The notes under the pieces were generated by a model that searched no databases, was not told the origin of the DNA, and worked only from the letters and a program-made list of their open reading frames with translations. A DNA stretch of 64,000 nucleotides from Desulfatiglandales bacterium (GTDB lineage: Bacteria; Desulfobacterota; DSM-4660; Desulfatiglandales; HGW-15): positions 1,088,001 to 1,152,000 of the forward strand of contig CAXXJJ010000004.1 in NCBI GenBank assembly GCA_963667015.2. Direction: 5' to 3'. The translations under genes were made by a program, and so were the position numbers. Of this stretch, positions 29,395 through 40,412 are shown piece by piece (position 1 is the stretch's first letter; every line of letters starts with the position of its first letter).

Positions 29395-29478
29395 ATTTGT
29401 ACAATTTACTTTGCGCGGATTGAGTATAAGCATTGGTTTGATTTTTTATTACCTTATTTAAAATATGAGGAGGAAGCA

Positions 29479-30825
29479 ATGAAAATCAGAAAACCTGCAA
29501 TATTAATTTTGTTTCTTTCATTCCTGACTGGGGCAATCATTCTGTTTAATGCATGTAATGAAGATGGCAATGAGTCTCTCAATGAGTCCAATAACGATTC
29601 CGGCTTCGAGCTACTCGCATCATCGGAATCAAGGGAACTCAATCCTGTTAATACAGAAAATGAATCCAGCCTGTTTATAGCTGATAACAACACCTTTGCA
29701 ATTGATCTATACCATGCAATAGGAGATGAAGAGGAAAACCTGTTTTTTTCTCCTTACAGTATTTCAACTGCCATGTCGATGACATGGGCAGGGGCAAGGA
29801 ATCGGACGGAAACACAGATGGCAGATGCCATGCAGTTCAATTTTTATCAGGAAAAACTGCATCCGCTTTTTAACGAACTGGATCTGGATCTGAACAGCCG
29901 AAATCAGAACGATCCTGAAAATAACGATAAATATTTAAGGTTGAATATCAATAATGAGGTATGGGGACAGAAAGACTATTCTTTTCTGGATACATATCTG
30001 GATACATTGATGATCAATTATGGCACAGGTATCCGCCTGGTTGATTTTTTTAATTATCCCGATGACGCACGTGTTGACATAAATGACTGGGTAGCAGAGC
30101 AAACCGAAAATAAGATAGAGAACCTTCTTGCTCCGAACGATGTTACAAGCGATACAAGGCTTGTGTTGACCAATACGATTTATTTCAATGCCTCCTGGGG
30201 AATCCCCTTTGATCCTGATGACACATATGACGGCACTTTTTATCTTGAAGATGGATCCACCGTAACAGTTCCCATGATGATTCCCGAGGCAGGGTATGGT
30301 GAAAATGGTGAGATTTATGCTGCCGCAGAAGGTAGTGATTATCAGGCAGTAGAGTTGCCATATTATGGCGATGCTTTTTCCATGATTATTATCATCCCTG
30401 ATTCAGGCAGATTTGGAACCTTTGAACAGAACCTTGATTCTTCGGTTATTGATGAAATCCTTAATAACCTTGAAGTGCGGGAAGTCACTTTAAGGATGCC
30501 TAAATTTGAATGTGAATCGAGGTTTAACCTGTCAGAAACCCTTTCTGAAATGGGAATGCCGGATGCATTTACTCCTGGTGTTGCTGATTTTTCCGGAATG
30601 GATGGAACTCTAAACCTGTTCATTGGCAAGGTTATTCACCAGGCATCTATAACTATTGACGAATCCGGAACAGAGGCCGCTGCAGCCACTGCGGTGCTTA
30701 TGTATGGAACTTCGGCGCCTGACGATCCGCTTGAGATAACTGTTGACCGTCCTTTTATCTATATGATTCGTGACAATCAAACCGGTGCTATTCTGTTTCT
30801 GGGCCGGGTTAAAAATCCGGGCTAA
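29479..30825 (+). CDS. Serpin family lipoprotein
   Basis: Lipobox FNAC; NLFFSPYSIS, LTNTIYFNASW, hinge DESGTEAAAATAV, VDRPFIYMIRD..TGAILFLGRV. Confidence 0.95.
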   Translation: MKIRKPAILILFLSFLTGAIILFNACNEDGNESLNESNNDSGFELLASSESRELNPVNTENESSLFIADNNTFAIDLYHAIGDEEENLFFSPYSISTAMSMTWAGARNRTETQMADAMQFNFYQEKLHPLFNELDLDLNSRNQNDPENNDKYLRLNINNEVWGQKDYSFLDTYLDTLMINYGTGIRLVDFFNYPDDARVDINDWVAEQTENKIENLLAPNDVTSDTRLVLTNTIYFNASWGIPFDPDDTYDGTFYLEDGSTVTVPMMIPEAGYGENGEIYAAAEGSDYQAVELPYYGDAFSMIIIIPDSGRFGTFEQNLDSSVIDEILNNLEVREVTLRMPKFECESRFNLSETLSEMGMPDAFTPGVADFSGMDGTLNLFIGKVIHQASITIDESGTEAAAATAVLMYGTSAPDDPLEITVDRPFIYMIRDNQTGAILFLGRVKNPG

Positions 30826-30992
30826 AGGAATGCTTTTATATATAACGCTACAGCTAAAAACGATTAATTGAACCTTATTGCTTTTTATCAATAACACAAT
30901 ATATGCGCACTGTAATAACAAAATAAAAAATAACTTAGATTTAAGGCATCGCGCCAACGTACCATATCATTCAATACAAAGAGAAATGAGTC

Positions 30993-31463
30993 ATGAAACT
31001 AACATATATTTATTTATTAATAATTTTTATTTTCACTTCAACTGTATGCGGATGTAGTGATGAAGATGGACCGGCTGATCAATATACCGGCTCCAGTATC
31101 TTCACCTTTGATACAGCAATAGAACCCACAACCTTAACACAGGAGGATGATCTATGCCTCTATTCATATCTTGAGTCTTTCGTAGCAAGATGCGAGGCCT
31201 GTGAAATTGAAAACGAATCAGACCTTTTAACCTTCAATGGGACACTGGAAGAATATGAACATGTATCTCTCAATGATATGGATACTCATACCTATTTTTT
31301 CATCAGGGATCCCGGTTGTCCGGATTATTTTGATTATGCTGACCACAGCTACAGCAACAATATATTAACAATTACCCTTGATGAATTTCATCAAAAGGAT
31401 GCTGCTTGTCCAGCCGCAATATATCAGGTGTATCTTGTTTTTAAGGCAGAAAAGAATTCATAG
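30993..31463 (+). CDS. Hypothetical lipoprotein
   Basis: Signal peptide with VCGC lipobox; acidic, Cys-containing. Confidence 0.7.
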   Translation: MKLTYIYLLIIFIFTSTVCGCSDEDGPADQYTGSSIFTFDTAIEPTTLTQEDDLCLYSYLESFVARCEACEIENESDLLTFNGTLEEYEHVSLNDMDTHTYFFIRDPGCPDYFDYADHSYSNNILTITLDEFHQKDAACPAAIYQVYLVFKAEKNS

Positions 31464-31492
31464 CCAGCGAGGTTCCTGATGTTGTTCAAGTA

Positions 31493-31539
31493 CCATCCGG
31501 GGTGGTCAAAAAACCCCTCCCTGACCGCCCTGGTTGGTA
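31493..31539. terminator. Hairpin between convergent genes
   Basis: ACCATCCGGGGTGGTCA...TGACCGCCCTGGTTGGT followed by T-rich tract. Confidence 0.55.
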
Positions 31540-31574
31540 TTTTTGATTTTTTGACCTTATTTCATTATCTACAC

Positions 31575-33689
31575 TTATATTTCGCCATTAAAAGATTCCC
31601 TGAAAAGATTAAGCCTGTAGTATTTGCCCCTGGCAGCCATTAACTCTTCATGGTTTCCCTGTTCAAGTATTTTTCCATGCCCCATAACAATGATCCTGTC
31701 GGCCTTTTTTATGGTTGAAAGCCTGTGGGCAACAACCAGGGTTGTCCTGCTTCTGGTCATTCGGTCGATTGCATCCTGGATCAATCTCTCTGTTTCAGGG
31801 TCAACACTTGAGGTTGCCTCGTCAAGAATCAGGATATCCGTGTTGAATGCAAGGGCCCTTGAAAAGGAGAGCAACTGCCTCTCGCCTCCAGACAGTGTAC
31901 TGCCACCCTCGCTCATCTCCTGATTAAAATTATCAGGAAGTCTGTCAATAAACCATTTTGCGTTAGCCTCCATGGCAGCCTCTTCTATGTCCGCCATAGA
32001 AATACTTTCATTTCCAAGAGAGATATTTTCTTTAAGATCCCCTGAAAAAAGAAAAACATCCTGCATCACAAGTGATATCCTGGATCGAAGATCTTTTTTT
32101 TCAAGTTTCTTTATATCTATATCGTCAATAAAAACAGATCCTTCTTCAGGGTCATAAAATCTTTCTATCAGGTTCACTAGTGTGCTCTTGCCTGCCCCTG
32201 TCGCTCCCACAACCGCAACCATCTCGCCCGGATTAATTTTAAAACTTATATTATTCAGAACCGGTCGCCCTTCTTTATACGAGAATGTTACGTTACGAAA
32301 TTCAATCTTTCCCCTCTTTTCTTTTATATTCACGGGTGATCCAGGTTCGGGAATTGCTTCTCCATTATCCATGAATTCAAAAATTCTCTCAGTAGATGCC
32401 ATTGCCGACTGCATAATATTGTATTTCTCAGATATATCCCTTATAGGTCTGAAAAACATCTGGATGTAACTGATAAACGCTACAAGTGCTCCAAGGCTCA
32501 ATTGATCAGATATTACCTTGCCACCCCCATACCATATGATAAGGGCAACCCCTGTGGCTGATAAAAGCTCCATTACTGGTACAAAGATCGAAAACAGTTT
32601 TAACTGGTGCATGCCGGCTAAATAATTTTCGTGATTAAGTCCTGAAAACACTCTCATCTGGTTCTTTTCTCTGGTCAATAACTGAATTATTCTCATACCG
32701 CTAAACTGTTCCTGCTGATAGGAGTTTAGCTTGGAAATCTTTTCACGAAGAGTCCTGAATGCATCCCTCATCAGTCTGCTGAAAATAAGGGTGAATATAA
32801 AGATAACAGGAAGTAATATAAAACTTACCAGCGCCAGTCTCCAGTTCAGGTAAACAAGCATCACCAGTATACCTACCAGGATGAAGATATCCTTAAAAAA
32901 AGTCACAAGCACTGATTTGAACATCTCATTCAGGTTTTCAATATCATTTGTAACCCTTGTTACCAGACGCCCCACCGGATGTTTGTTAAAAAATGACAGA
33001 GCACGGCCCTGTATTCGTTCGAACAAAGTCAATCGAACATCCTGCATTATATTCTGCCCTATATATTCGAGAAGGTAGTAATCCAGATAATTCAGGCCGA
33101 GTGTAAGAAGAAGGATCAAAAGCAGAACAATCCCGACTGTCAAAAGACCATTAAAATCGCCGGCCCTGACCTTTAAAATTTCACTGGATGGCAGGGCATC
33201 AATTATGCCCTTTGGCAGTGCAATACGTCCATCTAAAAGGATGACAGGTTTGACATCATTCTTCATTAAGGTACCATTGTCATCTTTAAATATATAATAG
33301 GGTTCTTCGGATATGGAACCATCTTTTTTACAGTTATTAAGATCAATGGGATCAATACCCTTTATATCGCTCTTGTGGAAAAAAGCGTTTTCCCTGTCAC
33401 GGCTGTAGACCAGTCTATCTTTATATTTCAAAGAAAAATCTGCTGCTGTCTTATTTTCAGGATTATCAAGTGTTATCCGCTGCCATGAAGAGAGGATATA
33501 TCTATCGATAGCTATTTTTGAAAGGTATGGTACAACCAGGTCCATTAAGGTAATCAGAACGGCCACAGTAAGTGCAAGAGCAATAAACTTCCAATATGGA
33601 ATTGCAAACACCCCGAGGCGTTTCAGAAGCTTTAAATTATAGGGCTTCCCCAGCTTCCCTTCTTCCATGTATCCGAAATCACCATGCAT
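31575..33689 (-). CDS. ABC exporter TMD-NBD subunit (heterodimer partner B)
   Basis: GRLVTRVTND, GATGAGKS, LSGGERQL, LILDEATSSVD. Confidence 0.93.
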   Translation of the reverse strand: MHGDFGYMEEGKLGKPYNLKLLKRLGVFAIPYWKFIALALTVAVLITLMDLVVPYLSKIAIDRYILSSWQRITLDNPENKTAADFSLKYKDRLVYSRDRENAFFHKSDIKGIDPIDLNNCKKDGSISEEPYYIFKDDNGTLMKNDVKPVILLDGRIALPKGIIDALPSSEILKVRAGDFNGLLTVGIVLLLILLLTLGLNYLDYYLLEYIGQNIMQDVRLTLFERIQGRALSFFNKHPVGRLVTRVTNDIENLNEMFKSVLVTFFKDIFILVGILVMLVYLNWRLALVSFILLPVIFIFTLIFSRLMRDAFRTLREKISKLNSYQQEQFSGMRIIQLLTREKNQMRVFSGLNHENYLAGMHQLKLFSIFVPVMELLSATGVALIIWYGGGKVISDQLSLGALVAFISYIQMFFRPIRDISEKYNIMQSAMASTERIFEFMDNGEAIPEPGSPVNIKEKRGKIEFRNVTFSYKEGRPVLNNISFKINPGEMVAVVGATGAGKSTLVNLIERFYDPEEGSVFIDDIDIKKLEKKDLRSRISLVMQDVFLFSGDLKENISLGNESISMADIEEAAMEANAKWFIDRLPDNFNQEMSEGGSTLSGGERQLLSFSRALAFNTDILILDEATSSVDPETERLIQDAIDRMTRSRTTLVVAHRLSTIKKADRIIVMGHGKILEQGNHEELMAARGKYYRLNLFRESFNGEI

Positions 33690-33691
33690 CT

Positions 33692-35467
33692 TTATCCTTC
33701 ACCCTCTTCCAGGTTCTGGGACATAACCTGTTTTTTATAAAGTCGGCTGAATTCATCACCTGTTTTTAATAATGTTTCATAATTACCAGCTTCGATAATC
33801 CGGCCATCCTTCATAACCACTGCAAAATCCGACCGGCTGATTGTTGAAAGCCTGTGTGAAACAATAATATTCGTCTTGCCCTTTCTAAGATTTATTATCT
33901 CATTTAATATCTCTTCTTCAGTTCGGGTATCTATCATCGAAAGTGAATCATCAAGTATAAGTACAGGAGGATCAAGTATCATCGCCCTTGCAATTGTCAG
34001 ACGCTGCTTTTGGCCGCCCGAAAGGGTAACACCTTTTTCACCCAGTATTGTATACATCCCTTTATCCAGTTCCATTACATCATCATAGATCCTTGCACAT
34101 TTCATTGCCCCTTCGATCTGATCTTCTGTTATATCCTCTCTTCCGAAGATAATATTGTTTTTTATGGTATCTGAAAAAATAAAGGCTTCCTGTGTAATAA
34201 AACCTACATTCTCCCTTAATGACGAAAGTGAGACATCACGAATGTCCATTCCATCGATGAGTATGCTGCCGGTCTTCGGATCAATGAGACGCGGAATAAG
34301 GTGAAGTAATGAGGACTTCCCGGCCCCTACCCTTCCAACAAGCGACACCGTCTGCCCGTCACGGATCTCTAGGTTAATATTACTTAAGGCCGGCTGTGTT
34401 TTATCAGGGTACAGGAAACTAACATCCTTAAATGTTATCCTGCCTTTTACATTCTTGAAACTGTCAGCATGTCTCTTTGACTGTATTTCGGGGATTTCGT
34501 CCAGTATTTTGCTTATACGGCGCATTGAAGCGCCTCCGCGCTGAAAAAGATTTGTTACCCATCCCATGGCCATCATAGGCCATGTAAGAAGATTGAGGTA
34601 ACCGATAAAGGCGACAAAATCACCTGTTGTGATATCACCAAGGATTGTCAGCCTTCCTCCGAATAATATTACTATTGCAAGTCCAATATTGGTAAATATT
34701 GTCATCACGGGGAAAAAGAGGGCGAGGGTTCTGGCAAGTCTGATATTTACTGATACATAATCAAGACCTTCTTTCCTGACTTTTTCACGTGCCCATTCTT
34801 CCCTTACAAAAGATTTTACCACCCTTATACCGGCAAATGCCTCTCTTACACTCTCAGTAAGGTCTGAAAATGTCTTCTGGACTTTATCGTATCCTCTGGA
34901 CATTTTTTTTGTATAAATCCGGGCCATCAAAATTATAAAAGGAGCAGGTATAAGAGATAATGCCGCAAGAGAAGGACTGATATATAACATATAACATATG
35001 GCTGCGATTCCCATCACCAGCCCGTCAACAAGAGAAACCAGCCCCATCCCTGTGGCCATCCTGACAGCATTGATATCATTGATTGATCTGGCCATGATAT
35101 CACCGGTCTTTGTCCTCTGAAAAAAGGACATGGAAAGAGTCTGGAGATGGCTGAAAAGTCTGTTTCGTAATTGTTCTTCTACTATTCTGGAAAAACCTAT
35201 TACGCAAAATCTCCATGTATATCGAAATATTGCGATCAAAAAAGAAATGATCAATATGTAACAACTGTATTTAATAAGAATATGAGGTGTTGCGCATTTA
35301 TTTGTGAGGTCATCAACCGTCCATTTTAAAATAATGGGGATGCACAGTTGAAGAAAATCAACAGCAAGAAGAGAGATAAGGCCCGCAATCAGCCTGTACC
35401 TGTTATCGTAAAAATATTCTTTAAGAGGTAGGAAATCTTTTGCAGTTTTAACAAGAGGAAAATTCAT
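33692..35467 (-). CDS. ABC exporter TMD-NBD subunit (heterodimer partner A, degenerate Walker B)
   Basis: GDIMARSINDINAVRMA, GRVGAGKS, LSGGQKQR, LILDDSLS. Confidence 0.93.
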   Translation of the reverse strand: MNFPLVKTAKDFLPLKEYFYDNRYRLIAGLISLLAVDFLQLCIPIILKWTVDDLTNKCATPHILIKYSCYILIISFLIAIFRYTWRFCVIGFSRIVEEQLRNRLFSHLQTLSMSFFQRTKTGDIMARSINDINAVRMATGMGLVSLVDGLVMGIAAICYMLYISPSLAALSLIPAPFIILMARIYTKKMSRGYDKVQKTFSDLTESVREAFAGIRVVKSFVREEWAREKVRKEGLDYVSVNIRLARTLALFFPVMTIFTNIGLAIVILFGGRLTILGDITTGDFVAFIGYLNLLTWPMMAMGWVTNLFQRGGASMRRISKILDEIPEIQSKRHADSFKNVKGRITFKDVSFLYPDKTQPALSNINLEIRDGQTVSLVGRVGAGKSSLLHLIPRLIDPKTGSILIDGMDIRDVSLSSLRENVGFITQEAFIFSDTIKNNIIFGREDITEDQIEGAMKCARIYDDVMELDKGMYTILGEKGVTLSGGQKQRLTIARAMILDPPVLILDDSLSMIDTRTEEEILNEIINLRKGKTNIIVSHRLSTISRSDFAVVMKDGRIIEAGNYETLLKTGDEFSRLYKKQVMSQNLEEGEG

Positions 35468-35596
35468 ATTTATTTAATTTTTATATGATGACAAAACCGC
35501 TAATGCACGTGAATGTATGCTGATATTTTTATCAACACCTATCCATTAACTATTAGAAAATAATTCGCATTCATTAGCGGCAGCCAATGTTTTGAT

Positions 35597-37108
35597 CTAT
35601 TTTAACCTTAGCAGTTCGTCTATAACCTGCTTCATCTCCATTTCCTCTGCATATAAATCATCCTGATCAAAATACCCGGCACCTCGACGATAATACATGC
35701 CTCCGAAGCTGAAGTATGGGGTAGAGCTGTTGGAATTTTCAAATTCAAACTGTTTAACATAATCCTGGGGTATACTCATCTCAACCTGCGGAGTAAGGAA
35801 ATCGTCTTTGGTATTAAAATCATAGTGATGGGCTTCAATAAGGCCCTTCTCAACATATTCGGAAACGACCTCTTTAAAGGTTTCCTCAACCCACTCACAA
35901 AAGTGACATCCCACCCTGGTAAAGAGTAATATGACTGGCTGACCTTTGCTGTTTTTATAAATTTTATTGCCAGTTGCCTTGAAAGTTGAGAACTGTTTAA
36001 CAGGTGAATCCGCTTTTTCATTATTTTCATTATCCAGTGTTGCACTTACAGAACCTTTCCGGTCTGAGTCTGTATATTTCTTAATTTTTGCATCTTGCCT
36101 GAGCTGCTCCGCATATTTTAACAGTTCAGAAATGATGTGTTCCTCTTCAAGTGTATAATTAATGGAATCCCTTGCCTCTTCAAATGTTATAGACACCCCT
36201 TCAAGCTTGTCGCTCACATATATTATATGATATCCGTAATCTGTTGTAACAATATCGGATATTTCACCTCTATCCAGGCTAAAGGCTGCATCTTCAAAGG
36301 AAGGAAAAGCCGTACCTTTTTCTATCGTTCCCAGATAGCCTCCATCTTTCCCTGTGCTGTCAAAGGAATACCGCTGAGCAAGGCTTGCAAAATTTTCAGT
36401 AGTTGCTTCCTTTCGAACATTTTCAGCCAGTTCTTTTGCTTTACTCTTCGTCAAATTGCTTTTGCAGCCCTGGCTTTCGTTATGGCATATCAGTATATGA
36501 CTTGCTCTTATCCTTGCCGGTCTGTGATAGTATTCATCATTGGTTTTATAATATTCTCTTGCTTCTTTTTCCGGAATAACTTTTTCACCGAATTTCTTTA
36601 TATAAAGTTTCTTTAATATTAGAATATTTTTAAAATAAAGATCGGCATCATCTATTGTTAATGTTTTTGACTCCAGCCACTTTAATAATGTCTCCTCGGA
36701 AAATTGAAATAATTTCAGATATCTTTCTTTTTCGTTTTTAACCTCATCCTCTGTTACCTTTATTCCCATTTCATCTGCTTTATTAAGCAGTAAAAGTTCA
36801 GAAATATATTGATCGAGGTATGATTTTATCGTTAATCCCTTTTGATATGTCCTGGAAAATCTCGATATAAGAAAATATAGATTATACTGCTTTAACAGTT
36901 CTGAAGTAGAAATGGTTTTACCATCAATCTCGGCTGCAATATCCCAGTTGTTAATAGAATTTCCATTCACACCCGAAGCAGTCTCTTTTTCTACATCACC
37001 AGCACAAGCTGGGGTAAAACTCTGAATCATTGAAAATAAAACAACCATAATAAAGGTAAAAAAAATGTGTGATGACCTGTTTCCCGACTTGATTTTAAAT
37101 GGACTCAT
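35597..37108 (-). CDS. SurA/PrsA-like parvulin PPIase fused to a C-terminal thioredoxin-like domain
   Basis: RASHILI, FASLAQRYSFD..GKDGGYLG, TDYGYHII; later LLFTRVGCHFC; start at AGAGGAG-preceded ATG 37108. Confidence 0.82.
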   Translation of the reverse strand: MSPFKIKSGNRSSHIFFTFIMVVLFSMIQSFTPACAGDVEKETASGVNGNSINNWDIAAEIDGKTISTSELLKQYNLYFLISRFSRTYQKGLTIKSYLDQYISELLLLNKADEMGIKVTEDEVKNEKERYLKLFQFSEETLLKWLESKTLTIDDADLYFKNILILKKLYIKKFGEKVIPEKEAREYYKTNDEYYHRPARIRASHILICHNESQGCKSNLTKSKAKELAENVRKEATTENFASLAQRYSFDSTGKDGGYLGTIEKGTAFPSFEDAAFSLDRGEISDIVTTDYGYHIIYVSDKLEGVSITFEEARDSINYTLEEEHIISELLKYAEQLRQDAKIKKYTDSDRKGSVSATLDNENNEKADSPVKQFSTFKATGNKIYKNSKGQPVILLFTRVGCHFCEWVEETFKEVVSEYVEKGLIEAHHYDFNTKDDFLTPQVEMSIPQDYVKQFEFENSNSSTPYFSFGGMYYRRGAGYFDQDDLYAEEMEMKQVIDELLRLK

Positions 37109-37232
37109 TTTTCTCCTCTTTTTCTCCGAACAATAAATAGGATTGAGTATATGTGGGATACCCCTGAGTGTCAATAAGCTGAAATGATAAGATAAAGAAT
37201 CATCATTTACGGATTGGAATTTTATCCCTGGC

Positions 37233-37580
37233 TTATGAACTTATATTGATATCTTCTGTCTGCTCATCGCCCGGCAGGCGGGTCCTAATGCAAATCTCAA
37301 AACCCATGGATTCAAGTGCCCTGATCCACCAGTAAGCATCTTCTTTCTTATTATATTTGCCTGCCAGCAGGAGGCAGTTATCATCCTCATCCCAGACCCA
37401 TGTATATTCCACAAAACGGATTCCTCCTGCTTCCAACTTTTTCCGAATCTCTGTTCTAATATTCTCACGAGCCTCGAAGCCCAGCGAACCGTAGGATGGA
37501 CCGCGTATAAGTACATAGTGAGTAGTTTTTTCATCCGATATCTCTGCCGTTATGTGGCCGTATTTATCATTGCTTCTCAA
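37233..37580 (-). CDS. Hypothetical protein
   Basis: 115-aa ORF with RBS-like AAGGG; protein-like composition. Confidence 0.6.
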   Translation of the reverse strand: MRSNDKYGHITAEISDEKTTHYVLIRGPSYGSLGFEARENIRTEIRKKLEAGGIRFVEYTWVWDEDDNCLLLAGKYNKKEDAYWWIRALESMGFEICIRTRLPGDEQTEDINISS

Positions 37581-37802
37581 TTAACACCCTTTCAAATAAT
37601 AATGATTCTTTATTTTTCATGTCCGCATGCGGGAATGATTAGATATTAATTTTACAACCAATTTTTTTGATAGACAACACAACAGTAAATATAAAATTTA
37701 ATGCTGTTTAAGGAATCGGGTATCACTTCATGATTTATTTAGTGCCCACCATGAAGGAGACAATCAATGGATGTACACAGGTTAGAGTTCTTTTTTCACT
37801 AT

Positions 37803-38306
37803 TTACAATCGCTCCAGCATTTCGGGGCGTTCAGCTATATTTCGGCAGGCATCAGATGAGGAAAGAATCTTTTTCCCATCCGTATCGTAGACAATGCAGT
37901 AAGGTATTCTATGGATACTATACTGCTTCACAACCGGGGTGCGCCAGTTATAAATATTGATTTTACGCAGAGCAAACAGGTATGATTTTTTATTTTTCTC
38001 CCTCAACCGGGGACTTACCTCACGGCAGCCCGGTGACCAGTCAGCATAAAAGTAGAAAACTGTAAAGCGGCGATCGGACATATGTTCATCAAGAGATACT
38101 TCCTTGCCTCTACTTATGGTTGTTTCTGTCATATAATAATCAACCGGTTCTTTATGGGTGCTGGCGATGGACGTACGTTCTACCGGGAGCAGTGTCTTAC
38201 TCTCCTGAATTTCCGGATATACCTGATTATTTTTTACTGATGCAGAGGCATAATTATCTTTAAACATAATTATATTGACACACAGGTCCTTCCTAAATAA
38301 ATTCAA
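37803..38306 (-). CDS. Thioredoxin-fold protein with SxxC site (start uncertain)
   Basis: TVFYFYADWSPGCREVSP...IPYCIVYD. Confidence 0.7.
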   Translation of the reverse strand: MNLFRKDLCVNIIMFKDNYASASVKNNQVYPEIQESKTLLPVERTSIASTHKEPVDYYMTETTISRGKEVSLDEHMSDRRFTVFYFYADWSPGCREVSPRLREKNKKSYLFALRKINIYNWRTPVVKQYSIHRIPYCIVYDTDGKKILSSSDACRNIAERPEMLERL

Positions 38307-38377
38307 CCCTCAAAAGAGGAATCCTTGTCCGATAATACTTGCTATTGTTCAATTTGTATAAATTAGAGGAGATGCCA

Positions 38378-39339
38378 ATGCTAAATAAAATAGTTTTATA
38401 CTGCCTTCTTGCAGCTTTTTGTATCCCGGCTCTTGCCGAAACAGGTGAGAGCTGTGATCGTTCCTGTCTGAAAAACTGGGTAGATAAATATCTTGTGGCC
38501 ATGCGGATCAGGATGTAAACCAGAATATATTTGCGCCTGACCTTAAATTTACTGAAGACGGAGTGCGTTTGCCCTTTGGCAAAGAGGGTCTCTGGTACAG
38601 TACGAGCAGTATAGGCAGTTACAAGTTTTATGTGCCGGATGTTGAAACCCAGCAGGTGGCATTTTTAGGCACCGTACGCGAAAAACCTTCAAAAAATGCA
38701 GAAGAAGCCCTTGTTGCCCTGGCCCTGCGCCTGAAAATACGAAACAACCGTATAACCGAGATTGAACAGATCGCGATCAGGCCTGACAGCGTCAACAGCA
38801 GTGCCGGAGACTTTCCCCCGACTGGTCCGGCTGTTGAGGCGATGGGAGCCCCCCACCCTATTTTTACTCAAGACATTCCTAAAAATGAACGCATGAGTCG
38901 TGAAGACCTTGTGAAGACGGCAAACCATTACTTTACCGGACTGGAAAAAAATGATGGAAAGGGATATTATCCATTTACCGATGACTGCGTTCGATTTGAG
39001 AACGGAGTGGATGTGCTGCTGAATACCAATCAGGAAACCGGTGAGCAGACCCGCATGACCTGTAAAAAGCAGTTTGAGGAGGGAGTCAAAGGTATCGTCA
39101 CCCGTATACGTGATCGCCGTTTTGTAGCAGTGGACAGGGAGAAGGGAATTGTTTTCTCCTTTGCGTTTTTTGATCATGATTTTATCCACTGGACCTGGCA
39201 GCTGGCAGAATTGTTCAAGATTGAAAATGGACAGATACGCCGCATTGAGGCCCTGTTTCATAGAGCCCCCTATGGAATTAATTCCGGATGGAGCAGTTAT
39301 GAGGAAGGAATATCAAACGATATACAGGATATACGCTGA
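38378..39339 (+). pseudogene. Secreted hypothetical protein split by a single-base frameshift near 38505
   Basis: RBS GAGGAG, signal peptide and CDRSCLKNWVDKYL stop at ~38518; shifted frame DQDVN...KFTEDGVRLPFGKEGLW runs into ORF 38563-39339. Confidence 0.7.
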
Positions 39340-39859
39340 TAAAATCAAATATTAACCGGGGTGAATCTTTGACTCTGGACATACTGAAATCATGGATCAT
39401 TTAACAATTCTCAATTAACAATGATCATATGGTATATTGAAATATCTGGATAAAAAACGGGCTATGGTCTCTAGTTTCTAGTTTACAGTCTGCATTAACT
39501 GAAAACCAGGGACCAAAATCATATATTTCTCTAAATTAAGCATCATAGGTTTTCCCTCTCCTGTGCAATATCATAAAGTTGTTCCTTCGTTGACATATGA
39601 TCAGAGTTCCACTATCATTGAATAATTAAAAAATTCATTATCACCGACTCATCTTCTGGTGATGCTAACATCTTAATAAAATACTGACTAATCAGAACTC
39701 TTGTTTATATTTCTTTTTTTACAGAACTTCATTCTAACATTGATAAAGATGGGTAGTGTATAGCAGGGTATTTTCCCTTCAGGTTTTTGTATTGCCTTTG
39801 GTTTGTATTTAAATTCTTTAAGAATCATAATAAAAATATAATAATTATGGAGACTCATA

Positions 39860-40228
39860 ATGACAAAAACTTTATTTTTAAAAAGGTTAAAAGAAAAATT
39901 TAGAAAAGGGATAATAAGTCTGGCCTGTATCTTTTTAATTGCCTTGCTGACCGGAGCATGTGCCGGTAAAAATAAAATGCAGGCATCTGCACAGGATAAA
40001 TCAAAAACAAGTGAGATCATTGGAGATCAAACAATAGAATGTCGCAAAAGGGCACCCACCGGCTCACGACTGAAAAGGAAAATTTGTAAAACAAAAGCAC
40101 AATGGGCCAGGGAGGACCATAGCAAACAACAGACAGCAGAGCAGTTACAAAAGGATTCTGAGCGTAATAGAAGACTTAATGTCTCGCCTGCGGATGGAAC
40201 GTTTCCGGGAGCTGCTGTCCCTCGCTGA
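39860..40228 (+). CDS. Small lipoprotein, CxxxxPTGSRxxxxxC family, copy 1
   Basis: LTGAC lipobox; CRKRAPTGSRLKRKICKT. Confidence 0.75.
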   Translation: MTKTLFLKRLKEKFRKGIISLACIFLIALLTGACAGKNKMQASAQDKSKTSEIIGDQTIECRKRAPTGSRLKRKICKTKAQWAREDHSKQQTAEQLQKDSERNRRLNVSPADGTFPGAAVPR

Positions 40229-40412
40229 TAATCATTGTCTATAGTTGCATTTTCTCCAGTTTTTATCCCTTTTCTACTGGATTTTTGCCTTCATATAGTT
40301 TAAATCTAGATGTGTATAAATATCAGGATAATGATCCTGTATGCTCTATTTCCTATTTCCTATTTTCTACTTAATATTCTTAATGTGAATACTACTAATC
40401 AGGGAGAAAAAA

